The notes below the pieces were generated by a model. That model had not been told where the DNA came from and made no database searches. It saw nothing but the letters and a program-made list of their open reading frames with translations. Shown piece by piece: positions 18,383 through 27,274 of a stretch of DNA of 41,857 nt; position 1 is the first letter of the stretch; the number at the start of each line of letters is the position of its first letter. Position numbers and translations under genes: made by a program. Location: assembly GCA_936942565.1 (NCBI GenBank), contig CAKZJK010000028.1, forward strand, positions 1-41,857. The letters run 5' to 3'. Source of the DNA: an uncultured Caulobacter sp. GTDB taxonomy: Bacteria; Pseudomonadota; Alphaproteobacteria; Caulobacterales; Caulobacteraceae.

Positions 18383-18488
18383 TGCCCTTCGCGCGAGGTT
18401 TTTTCGTCTCGTGATGGCGAAGCCGCGAGCCCGTGACTAAAACGGGGGCGCGAAGGTCGCGCGTTTTCCCCGTTCTGTCGGCTCCGCC

Positions 18489-19602
<1,114 letters not shown>

Positions 19603-19647
19603 GGTCCTTACGGGCCTCTAGCTTCGGTACGCACCGCTTATCCAACG

Positions 19648-19679
19648 AAGCCCTCGGCCCTTCCAGGCCGGGGGCTTTT
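19648..19679 (+). terminator. Intrinsic terminator of ilvC
   Basis: AAGCCCTCGGCC-loop-GGCCGGGGGCTT followed by a T-run. Confidence 0.75.
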
Positions 19680-19718
19680 CGTTTGCCGCTTGCGTCACGG
19701 CGATCCGCGTGCATAAAG

Positions 19719-19734
19719 TGAACCAGATGGTTCA
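19719..19734. promoter_or_regulatory. Palindromic operator overlapping the ArsR start codon
   Basis: TGAACCA-GA-TGGTTCA perfect inverted repeat containing the ATG at 19727. Confidence 0.65.
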
Positions 19735-20086
19735 GTATTCAGCCGCCCGGCTTGACGCCTCGTTCGCCGCTCTGTCCGACGCCACCCGGCGCGGCGTGCT
19801 GGAGGCGCTCGGTCATGGCGAGGCCTCGATCACCGAGCTGGCCAACCGCTTCCAGATGACCCTGACGGGCATGAAGAAGCACGTGGCGGTGCTGGAGGCG
19901 GCGGGCCTGGTGACGTCGAAGAAGATCGGTCGCGTACGCACATGCCGGCTGGTCGTCAGCGGGCTCGCCGACGAGGCCGCGTGGATCGAGCGCTACCGCC
20001 AGCGCTGGGCGCTGCGGTTCGACGCGCTGGACCAGATCGTCGAGGATTTGAAACAGAGGGAGAGCCCGGATGTCCGGAAAGAATGA
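19727..20086 (+). CDS. ArsR/SmtB family transcriptional regulator
   Basis: FAALSDATRRGVL...SITELA...KKHVAVLEAAGLV...K.GRVR winged HTH; overlaps the SRPBCC gene. Confidence 0.88.
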   Translation: MVQYSAARLDASFAALSDATRRGVLEALGHGEASITELANRFQMTLTGMKKHVAVLEAAGLVTSKKIGRVRTCRLVVSGLADEAAWIERYRQRWALRFDALDQIVEDLKQRESPDVRKE

Positions 20087-20546
20087 GACGGTCGTGGAGC
20101 GCAGGTCGGACCGGGAGCTGGTCGTCACGCGGGTCTTCGACGCGCCGGCGCGTATCGTGTTCGAGGCGTGGTCCAAGCCCGAGCTGTTCCAGCGTTGGTG
20201 GGTTCCCAAGGCGCTGGGCGTGCCGTTGCGCGCCTGCGAGATGGATGTCCGCACCGGTGGCGGCTATCGCCTGGAGTTCGGGCTCGACGCCGCCAACAGC
20301 ATGGCTTTCTACGGCAAGTACACGGACGTGACCCCGCCCTCGCGCATCGTCTGGACCAACGAGGAAGGCGGCGAGGTCTCGGTGACCACCGTCAACTTCG
20401 AGGACCAGGGCGGCAAGACCCTGCTGACGCTGAGCGAGCTCTATCCCTCCAAGGAGGGTTGCGACGAGGCGATCCAGGGCTCGGCGGCGGGCTTGCCGAT
20501 GCAGTTCGACCAGCTGGATGAGCTACTGGCCGAGCTGGTCGGCTAG
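20070..20546 (+). CDS. SRPBCC/AHSA1 family protein
   Basis: RELVVTRVFDAPARIVFEAW..PEL..RWW...MDVRTGG.Y; the usual ArsR-SRPBCC gene pair. Confidence 0.88.
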   Translation: MSGKNETVVERRSDRELVVTRVFDAPARIVFEAWSKPELFQRWWVPKALGVPLRACEMDVRTGGGYRLEFGLDAANSMAFYGKYTDVTPPSRIVWTNEEGGEVSVTTVNFEDQGGKTLLTLSELYPSKEGCDEAIQGSAAGLPMQFDQLDELLAELVG

Positions 20547-20565
20547 GGCGCAAGGAAAGCCATCT

Positions 20566-20686
20566 CCCGTGTCATCCCGGCCGTAGCGCGCAGCGCGAAG
20601 AGCCGGGACCCAGGGGCGACGCGCTCGGCGCTCCCGCACCCCCTGGGTCCCGGATAGCCTCCGCGAGGCTTCCGGGATGACACGGG
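20566..20686. repeat. GTCATCCCGG...CCGGGATGAC-type palindromic intergenic element (MITE/RPE-like)
   Basis: 15-bp perfect terminal inverted repeat CCCGTGTCATCCCGG/CCGGGATGACACGGG and an internal 14-bp inverted repeat CCGGGACCCAGGGG (20603-20616)/CCCCTGGGTCCCGG (20640-20653); lies between convergent genes. Confidence 0.85.
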
Positions 20687-20709
20687 TTGGTTTCGCGAGA
20701 GAGTTCTCC

Positions 20710-21519
20710 TCACTCCAAAACGAACACCGGCCCCCAGCCCAGCTGGTAACGGTGCTCGCCCGAGGACAGGTGAGGGCGCAGCTGCCAAGCGCCGGGCTGT
20801 AGGACGCCGGGCGGTCGGCCCTCGACATAGGTGACGGTCAGCACCTCGCCGCCTGGCTCGGACACCGAGAACTGGCGGATCGGGGGCGCGGCGTTCGACA
20901 GCGCCCGGGCGATCTCGTCCGGGCCGCGCACCCGCAGCGGAGCGGGGGCGGCCAGGCGCGCGGCGACCTCGGCATAGGCGCCGACGGCGATCACGCGGGG
21001 ACCCTGGCGCAGGACGCCGTAGCCGACATGGGTAAAGCCGGGCGCGACCAGATTGGCGCGGTGGCCGGGGCTGTCGCGCCACTGGTTCATGATCTGGTCG
21101 GACCGCACCGCGCCGTCGGCGTTGCGGCGCATGGCGATGTTCTCGGCCGGCGCGCCAACGAGGTCGCGCGCCAACAGACCGACGCGGCCGGCGGGGGAGT
21201 AGCCCTCCCGCGTCAGGTGGTCGAACCGTTCGGTCGTCGCCATGTCGGCCGCGTGGGCGCGAGCGGCGGCGGTCAGTCCCGGGTCCCAGGCCAGGGGCGG
21301 GGCCCCTTCACGGCGACGGATCAGATTGTTGAGATCCAGCAGGGTCCGTTCGAAATCGTCGTCGAAGTCGCCGCCGGGCGGATCGGCCAGCAGGGTCCGC
21401 AGCCGGCGCTCATAGGCCAGCCAGGGTTGGGACGGGGCTGCGAGAGCGGTGGTGGCGAGGGGCGCGGCGGCCAAGGCGAGACCGCCGGCCAACAAGGTTC
21501 TTCGCGCGATGGATGTCAT
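20710..21519 (-). CDS. CAP/SCP domain protein with Tat signal
   Basis: ARRTLL Tat motif; N..R...G.PPL.WD..L..AARAHA.DM, AENIA and W..SPGHRANL CAP motifs. Confidence 0.85.
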   Translation of the reverse strand: MTSIARRTLLAGGLALAAAPLATTALAAPSQPWLAYERRLRTLLADPPGGDFDDDFERTLLDLNNLIRRREGAPPLAWDPGLTAAARAHAADMATTERFDHLTREGYSPAGRVGLLARDLVGAPAENIAMRRNADGAVRSDQIMNQWRDSPGHRANLVAPGFTHVGYGVLRQGPRVIAVGAYAEVAARLAAPAPLRVRGPDEIARALSNAAPPIRQFSVSEPGGEVLTVTYVEGRPPGVLQPGAWQLRPHLSSGEHRYQLGWGPVFVLE

Positions 21520-21585
21520 CCGGCCTTCCACAAACATTGAACGGCAAACATTGACAGGGTCGCCTCGGGACCAGACGTAAGGCGC

Positions 21586-22146
21586 ATGCGTCCTGTCCGT
21601 TCCCTCTGGCTCGCCGGCCCTCAAGTCTGGCTCCCCGACTCCGAAGTCCAGGCCGCCCGGGAGAGAGCTCTCTGCCTGGACGCGGGTTTCGAGCCCATTA
21701 CCCCAGCCGTCATGCCCCCAGGCGAGGGCGGCGACGAACTGGCGGCTCGTCAGTTCTACGCCGCCCGCATGGCGCAATTGCGCCAGGCCGACGCTGGCGT
21801 CGTCAACCTGACCCCGTTCCGAGGCCCCTCGGCCGACACCGCCGCCGTGTTCGAGGCCGGCGTGCTGGCGGGACTGGGCCGCCCGATCTTCGCCTATCTG
21901 AACGTCGCCAGCGAGATCGAAGCCGAGTACGTGGCCCGCGTCGACCAGATGCTGGGCGCCAGCCTCGACGAGAACCGCGTCTGGCGCGACGCCGACGACT
22001 GCCAGGTCGAGGACCACGGCCTGCCCGAGACCGTGATGCTGTGGGGCGAGGCCCGGCGGCTGTTCGTGATCGTCACCCACGATCCGCCGCGGGACGTGAC
22101 AGGGCTGGAGCTGTGCCTGGAGGCGCTGGCGCTCTACGCGGAGTAG
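21586..22146 (+). CDS. Nucleoside 2-deoxyribosyltransferase-like protein (divergent)
   Basis: WLAGP, ADAGVVNLTPFRGPSAD...FEAG...LGRPIFAY and VEDHGL pattern; TTGACA at 21551 and no SD, so possibly leaderless. Confidence 0.72.
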   Translation: MRPVRSLWLAGPQVWLPDSEVQAARERALCLDAGFEPITPAVMPPGEGGDELAARQFYAARMAQLRQADAGVVNLTPFRGPSADTAAVFEAGVLAGLGRPIFAYLNVASEIEAEYVARVDQMLGASLDENRVWRDADDCQVEDHGLPETVMLWGEARRLFVIVTHDPPRDVTGLELCLEALALYAE

Positions 22147-22150
22147 GGGG

Positions 22151-22243
22151 CTACCGGCCCCTGCGGTTCGCGAAGACCACGAATAGCCCCCCGCCGAGCG
22201 CCAAGAGGATCGCGATCCAGCTAGCGGGGGAGAATTCGGACAT
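22151..22243 (-). CDS. 30-aa single-TM small protein (not in ORF track)
   Basis: MSEFSPASWIAILLALGGGLFVVFANRRGR*; SD GGAG 6 nt upstream; hydrophobic core followed by a basic tail. Confidence 0.55.
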   Translation of the reverse strand: MSEFSPASWIAILLALGGGLFVVFANRRGR

Positions 22244-22345
22244 CGGAGTCTCCAGCTTGGATGGCGGTAGCGTGTGACTTTTCACCTCACCGTGCAAGAG
22301 CCGAGGCCGCTATGCGGTCGACTCTTTAAGGAGCGTTCGCGCCGC

Positions 22346-23089
22346 TCACCACCCCAGCGCCGCCTCGCCCCGCAGGATGGCCTCGGCCTCCGCCGAATGC
22401 TTGCCGCCGTCGCGGTCGTGCAGCACCAGGGGCGGTAGCAAGACCAGCGGGGCCTTGCCGGTCTTGATCGCCCGTACGATCACCCGCTTGGCCGGCGCAT
22501 CCGCGAAGGGCGCGATCGGGCGGATGCGGAACGAGCCGGCCTTGGGCGCCAGTTGCGCCAGGATGTCGGCCAGACGGTCGGCGCGGTGAATGATCGTGAT
22601 CGTCCCGCCCTCGCGCACCGCCTTCAGGCAGAAGGTCGTCCAGGCCTTGAGACCGCCGTCGGCCATCCAGGCGCCGCTCTTGGCGGGGTTGGGCGCGCGC
22701 AGGGTAGCGGCGTCGTCGAAGAACGGCGGATTGGTCATGACCGCGTCGAAGACGGGCAGCCCCGACGCCCGGAACCCCGAATCGACATCGCCCGCCTGAA
22801 TGGCGACACGGTCGGACAGCAAGTTAAGGTCGGCGTTTTCGGTGGCCAGGCCGGCGGCGACGGGATCGCGTTCGACGCCTTGGAAAAGGGCTTCGGGCCG
22901 ACGCGTGGCCGCCGCCAGCAGGGCGCCGCCGACGCCGCAGCCGGGCTCCAGCACGCGCTGGCCGGGCAGGGCGTCGCAAGCGGCCGCCAGCAGCGCCGCG
23001 TCCATCCCGGCCCTGTAGCCGTCGGCCCTCTGACGCAGCCGCACGCGGCCTCCCAGAACCCGATCTTCCGTCACCCGTAGATCGTCCAA
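22346..23089 (-). CDS. tRNA1(Val) A37 N6-methyltransferase-like SAM-dependent methyltransferase
   Basis: Q...GYRAGMDAALLAA, VLEPGCGVG, NPPFF and IHRADRL; divergent from ispB, as is typical in alphaproteobacteria. Start uncertain (TTG 23089 or GTG 23074). Confidence 0.8.
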   Translation of the reverse strand: MDDLRVTEDRVLGGRVRLRQRADGYRAGMDAALLAAACDALPGQRVLEPGCGVGGALLAAATRRPEALFQGVERDPVAAGLATENADLNLLSDRVAIQAGDVDSGFRASGLPVFDAVMTNPPFFDDAATLRAPNPAKSGAWMADGGLKAWTTFCLKAVREGGTITIIHRADRLADILAQLAPKAGSFRIRPIAPFADAPAKRVIVRAIKTGKAPLVLLPPLVLHDRDGGKHSAEAEAILRGEAALGW

Positions 23090-23202
23090 TGCTATCAGGC
23101 CTTGTGCTCTCCTTGACCCTGACCTATCCCGCCACCATTGTCCCTCGCAACGGTTCATCCCGCCGAATAGCGAATGGGGGACGCCGCAAGGAGATCTTGG
23201 TC

Positions 23203-24213
23203 TTGGACGCAGCCGCAGCGACCCTCCCCCGGAAGTCGGGCTCGGTGGATCGTCTCGTGCGCCTCGCCGAGACCGACATGGCCGGCGTCAACCGGCTGAT
23301 CACCGAGCGCATGCAGAGCGACGTGCCGATCATCCCGGCGCTGGCCGAGCACCTGATCGCCGCCGGCGGCAAGCGCCTGCGCCCGTTGCTGACCGTCGCC
23401 GCCGCGCGGCTGGCTGGTTCGGACAATGACCACTGCCTGAAGCTGGCGGCGGCCGTCGAGTTCATCCACACCGCCACCCTGCTGCACGACGACGTCGTCG
23501 ACGGCAGCGCGCTTCGTCGCGGCAAGGTCGCCGCGCACCTGATCTGGGGCGGCGCGCAGAGCGTGCTGGTCGGCGACTTCCTGTTCGCCCGCGCCTTCGA
23601 GCTGATGGTCGAGACCAACTCGATGAAGGCGCTGGAGATCCTGGCCCGCGCCAGCCGCGTCATCGCCGAGGGCGAGGTCATGCAGCTGATGCGCAGCCAC
23701 GACCTGAACCTGTCCCAGGCCCTCTATCTCGAGATCATCCAGGCCAAGACCGCCGAACTGTTCGCCGCGGCCTCGGAGGCCGGCGCAGTCTCGGCGGGCG
23801 TCGATGTCGCCAAGACCGACGCGCTGAAGGCCTACGGCCTGCAGCTGGGCCTGGCGTTCCAGCTGGTCGACGACGCGCTCGACTATGGTGGCGCCACCGA
23901 GACCCTGGGCAAGAACGCCGGCGACGACTTCCGCGAAGGCAAGGCCACCCTGCCGCTGCTCCTCGCCATCGCCCGGTCGGGGCCGCGCGAGGCCGAGTTC
24001 TGGGAGCGGGCCGTTGGCCGTCGCGAACAGACGGAAGCCGACTTCCGCCGCGCTCGCGAGCTGATCATCGGCACGGGCGCGCTGGACGCCACCCTGGATC
24101 TGGCCACCGACTACGCCGACAAGGCTAAGGCGGCCCTGGCGATCTTCCCGGCGGACGAGTGGCGCGAGGCGCTGGAAGACCTGGCCGATTTCGCCGTGAG
24201 CCGCCGGGCCTAG
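23203..24213 (+). CDS. ispB: Long-chain polyprenyl diphosphate synthase
   Basis: GGKRLRP, LHDDVVD (FARM), RRG, KTAELF and FQLVDD..D (SARM); SD AAGGAG before the TTG. Confidence 0.92.
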   Translation: MDAAAATLPRKSGSVDRLVRLAETDMAGVNRLITERMQSDVPIIPALAEHLIAAGGKRLRPLLTVAAARLAGSDNDHCLKLAAAVEFIHTATLLHDDVVDGSALRRGKVAAHLIWGGAQSVLVGDFLFARAFELMVETNSMKALEILARASRVIAEGEVMQLMRSHDLNLSQALYLEIIQAKTAELFAAASEAGAVSAGVDVAKTDALKAYGLQLGLAFQLVDDALDYGGATETLGKNAGDDFREGKATLPLLLAIARSGPREAEFWERAVGRREQTEADFRRARELIIGTGALDATLDLATDYADKAKAALAIFPADEWREALEDLADFAVSRRA

Positions 24214-24331
24214 GCGCGCGCGCCAGACGCGGTGAATTCGGCGTAATCCGGCGGACGCGATCTTCACAGGCGACCGGAACAGGGCCACCTAAGCGATCAG
24301 GGGCCCGGCTGGGCCCGACGGGGACAACACC

Positions 24332-24730
24332 TTGATCCGCTTCGTTCTGAACGTTCTCTGGTTTCTCTTCGGCGGCTTTTTGACAGGGCTCGGCTGGCTG
24401 CTGGCCGGCCTGATCCTGGCGATCACCATCGTTGGGCTGCCCTATGCGGGCGCGGCCTGGCGCATCGCCGGCTTCGCCTTCTGGCCGTTCGGCAAGGAGA
24501 TCGTCAGCCGCGAGATGCTGACCGGTCGCGAGGACATTGGCACGGGACCGCTGGGCTTCCTGCTGAACGTGATCTGGTTCGTCCTGGCCGGCTGGTGGCT
24601 GGCCATAGGCCATATCGTGGTCGCGGCGGCCGAGGCGATCACGATCATCGGCATTCCGTTCGCGCTCAAGGACCTGCAGCTGGCCCAGATCGCCATCGCC
24701 CCGATCGGCCGCGAAGTGGTCCGACGCTAG
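24332..24730 (+). CDS. yccF: YccF domain inner membrane protein
   Basis: Two internal repeats of LNV.WF..GG/GW...ITI.G.P..., ending in WPFGK/PIGR. Confidence 0.85.
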   Translation: MIRFVLNVLWFLFGGFLTGLGWLLAGLILAITIVGLPYAGAAWRIAGFAFWPFGKEIVSREMLTGREDIGTGPLGFLLNVIWFVLAGWWLAIGHIVVAAAEAITIIGIPFALKDLQLAQIAIAPIGREVVRR

Positions 24731-24738
24731 GCGCCACG

Positions 24739-24767
24739 AAAAAGGGGCCGCCTCGCGGCGACCCCTT
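24739..24767. terminator. Hairpin terminator between convergent yccF and fumC
   Basis: AAAAAGGGGCCGCC-TCGC-GGCGACCCCTT; the A-run gives a U-tail on the minus strand. Confidence 0.65.
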
Positions 24768-24790
24768 GATCGTTCTCAGGCTTTCCAGCC

Positions 24791-26182
24791 TCAGCCCGGC
24801 GAGATCATCTTCTCCGGCCGGACGTACTGGTCGAACTCCTCGTTCGTCAGATAGCCGCCGCCAACGGCCTCTTCGCGGAGGGTTGTGCCGTTCTTGTGCG
24901 CGGTCTTGGCGATCTTGGCGCAGGCGTCGTAGCCCAGCTTGCCGTTCAGGGCCGTGACCAGCATCAGGCTGTTCTCGACGCCCTTCTTGATGTTGTCGAC
25001 GCGGGGCTCGATGCCGACCACGCAGTTGTCGGTGAAGCTGATGGCGGCGTCGGCGACCAGGCGGACCGACTGCAGGAAGTTGTAGGCCATCACCGGGTTG
25101 AAGACGTTCAGCTCGAAGTGGCCCTGGCTGCCGGCGAAGGTCAGGGTCGAATGATTGCCGAAAACCTGGGCGCAGACCTGGGTCAGGGCTTCCGACTGGG
25201 TCGGGTTGACCTTGCCCGGCATGATCGACGAGCCCGGCTCGTTCTCCGGCAGAGCCAATTCGCCGAGGCCAGCGCGTGGGCCCGAGCCCAGGAAGCGGAT
25301 GTCGTTGGCGATCTTGAACAGCGAGGCGGCGACCGTGTTGATCGCGCCGTGCGTGAAGACCATGGCGTCATGGGCCGCCAGGGCCTCGAACTTGTTCGGC
25401 GCCGTGGTGAAGGCCAGGCCCGTGATGCTGGCGATCTGCTCGGCGACCTTCTCGGCGAAGCCGATGGGCGCGTTCAGGCCGGTGCCGACGGCGGTGCCGC
25501 CCTGGGCCAGCTGCATCAGCATCGGCAGGGTCATCTCGATGCGGGCGATGCCGTTCTCGATCTGCTGGGCGTAGCCGCCGAACTCCTGGCCCAGCGTCAG
25601 CGGGGTGGCGTCCTGGGTATGGGTGCGGCCGATCTTGATGATGTCCTTCCACTCGGCGGACTTGGCGGCGAGGGCCTTGTGGAGGTGTTTCAGAGCCGGG
25701 ATCAGGTCGTGGACCACCTGTTCGGCGCAGGCGATGTGCATGGCCGTCGGGAAGGTGTCGTTCGACGACTGGCTCATGTTGACGTGGTCGTTCGGGTGAA
25801 CGGGCTTCTTGCTGCCCATCTCGCCGCCCAGCATCTCGATGGCGCGGTTCGAGATGACCTCGTTGGCGTTCATGTTCGATTGGGTGCCCGAGCCCGTCTG
25901 CCAGACGACCAGCGGGAAGTGGTCATTCAGCTTGCCCTCGATGACTTCGTTGGCGGCGGCGATGATCGTCTCGGCGATCTTCGGATCCAGCTTGCCCAGG
26001 GCCAGGTTGGCCTCGGCGGCCGCGCGCTTGACGATGCCCAGGGCCCGGACGACCGGCAGGGGCTGCTTCTCCCAGCCGATCTTGAAGTTGCCCAGGCTGC
26101 GTTGGGCTTGCGCGCCCCAGTAGCGGTCGGCGGCGACTTCGATGGGGCCGAAGGTGTCGGTCTCGGTGCGCGTGGCGGTCAT
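24791..26182 (-). CDS. fumC: Class II fumarate hydratase
   Basis: [34 protein letters not shown] and [11 protein letters not shown] signature. Confidence 0.98.
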   Translation of the reverse strand: MTATRTETDTFGPIEVAADRYWGAQAQRSLGNFKIGWEKQPLPVVRALGIVKRAAAEANLALGKLDPKIAETIIAAANEVIEGKLNDHFPLVVWQTGSGTQSNMNANEVISNRAIEMLGGEMGSKKPVHPNDHVNMSQSSNDTFPTAMHIACAEQVVHDLIPALKHLHKALAAKSAEWKDIIKIGRTHTQDATPLTLGQEFGGYAQQIENGIARIEMTLPMLMQLAQGGTAVGTGLNAPIGFAEKVAEQIASITGLAFTTAPNKFEALAAHDAMVFTHGAINTVAASLFKIANDIRFLGSGPRAGLGELALPENEPGSSIMPGKVNPTQSEALTQVCAQVFGNHSTLTFAGSQGHFELNVFNPVMAYNFLQSVRLVADAAISFTDNCVVGIEPRVDNIKKGVENSLMLVTALNGKLGYDACAKIAKTAHKNGTTLREEAVGGGYLTNEEFDQYVRPEKMISPG

Positions 26183-26268
26183 GCGGAAATCTCCGGAAAA
26201 ACGGTCGTGCGCGGTCTAGACCTTGAGCGCCGGGAGGGCAATGTTCGCCCGCGCGAAGGAGACCCCGC

Positions 26269-26808
26269 ATGAGCCCTTATTTGGCGCTGCCCCGTTCGAT
26301 CAACACCGGCAAGCGCAAGGTGCTCAAGGAAGACCTGCTTGGGATCGCCCAGGACACGGGCTTCACGTCCGCCAAGACCTATCTGGCCAGTGGCAATCTG
26401 GTGCTCTGGGGCGATCACGAGGGCGGGGAGGTTCTGGAACGGGCGCTCGAGGACGCGCTCGAGGCGCGGATCGGCTTGCGGACCGAGTTCATGGTGCGAT
26501 CCCCCGCGCGGATCCGGGCGATCATCGACGGCAACCCGTTCAAGGCCGAGGCCGCCGACCACCCCAGCCATGTGATCGTCAACTTCCTGAAGTCGCCGCT
26601 GCCGGTCGAGGACGAAGCCATACTACGCGCGGCGATCACTGGACCCGAGCGCTTCGTGGTCGCGGACCGCGAGCTCTATCTGGATTTCCCGATCAGCATG
26701 GCCGACTCGGTGTTGGATCGAGACTGGAAGAAGACCAAGCGTTCACCCGTCGGGACCACGCGCAACTGGAATACGGTTATGGCTCTGGCCGGGATGATGG
26801 ACGCGTGA
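26269..26808 (+). CDS. DUF1697 family protein
   Basis: YLAL.R.IN.G, TYLASGNL, NPF and TTRNWNTV motifs. Confidence 0.82.
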   Translation: MSPYLALPRSINTGKRKVLKEDLLGIAQDTGFTSAKTYLASGNLVLWGDHEGGEVLERALEDALEARIGLRTEFMVRSPARIRAIIDGNPFKAEAADHPSHVIVNFLKSPLPVEDEAILRAAITGPERFVVADRELYLDFPISMADSVLDRDWKKTKRSPVGTTRNWNTVMALAGMMDA

Positions 26809-27206
26809 GCCAGACCTTCGACGGATCGGACTGGACCCACCATGGCAAGGTGCGGGCGCGCGAGGCCGGCGGGGAACTGACGCTGGTCGTCGACGGCTTG
26901 ACGACCCAGGGCAAGTACTACAAGCCGCTGATCTACGAGTTCTTTCGCAAGTCCTGGCGGGGCTCTCGTCCGGCCTGGGGCGAGTTCAGCGTCGAGATCG
27001 GCATGGAATATGTCGGCGAGCCGCCGTGGATGGATCTCGATAACCTGGCCAAGGCCTTGCTGGACGCGATCAAGGGCTACGCCTTCCACGATGACGCCCA
27101 GGTCGCCCGGCTGCTGGTCGAGCGGCGGCCGGGCGATCGCGAGCGGATCATCATCCAGGTGCGCAAGCTGAGCACCAACCTGATGCGCCGCACCCTGGAG
27201 GACTAG
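26805..27206 (+). CDS. RusA family Holliday junction resolvase-like protein
   Basis: C-terminal part of ORF 26223..27206; DLDNLAKALLDAI...DDAQV catalytic motif; the GTG start overlaps the DUF1697 stop (GTGA). Confidence 0.75.
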   Translation: MSQTFDGSDWTHHGKVRAREAGGELTLVVDGLTTQGKYYKPLIYEFFRKSWRGSRPAWGEFSVEIGMEYVGEPPWMDLDNLAKALLDAIKGYAFHDDAQVARLLVERRPGDRERIIIQVRKLSTNLMRRTLED

Positions 27207-27272
27207 AGCATCTTCCGATCAGTGTGAAACGGTTATCGGATCGAAAAATGCTCTAAACTTTTGAACTAGAGC
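27204..27272. repeat. TAGAGC-bounded intergenic repeat (CIR/BRU-RS-like)
   Basis: TAGAGCAT...GTGTGAAACGGTT...ATGCTCTA hairpin followed by a second CTAGAGC; begins at the TAG stop of the rusA-like gene; AT-rich relative to the flanks. Confidence 0.65.
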
Positions 27273-27274
27273 CC

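Noticed and set aside
21520-22080. N-terminal extension of the CAP protein (ORF 20710..22080)
   Set aside because: It is antisense to the deoxyribosyltransferase-like gene; the Tat signal begins at 21519.
26223-26804. Long N-terminal extension of the RusA-like ORF
   Set aside because: It overlaps the DUF1697 gene out of frame; the GTG at 26805 with stop/start coupling is more plausible.
26805-27206. Prophage remnant inferred from rusA
   Set aside because: No other phage genes, integrase or att sites; composition matches the host.
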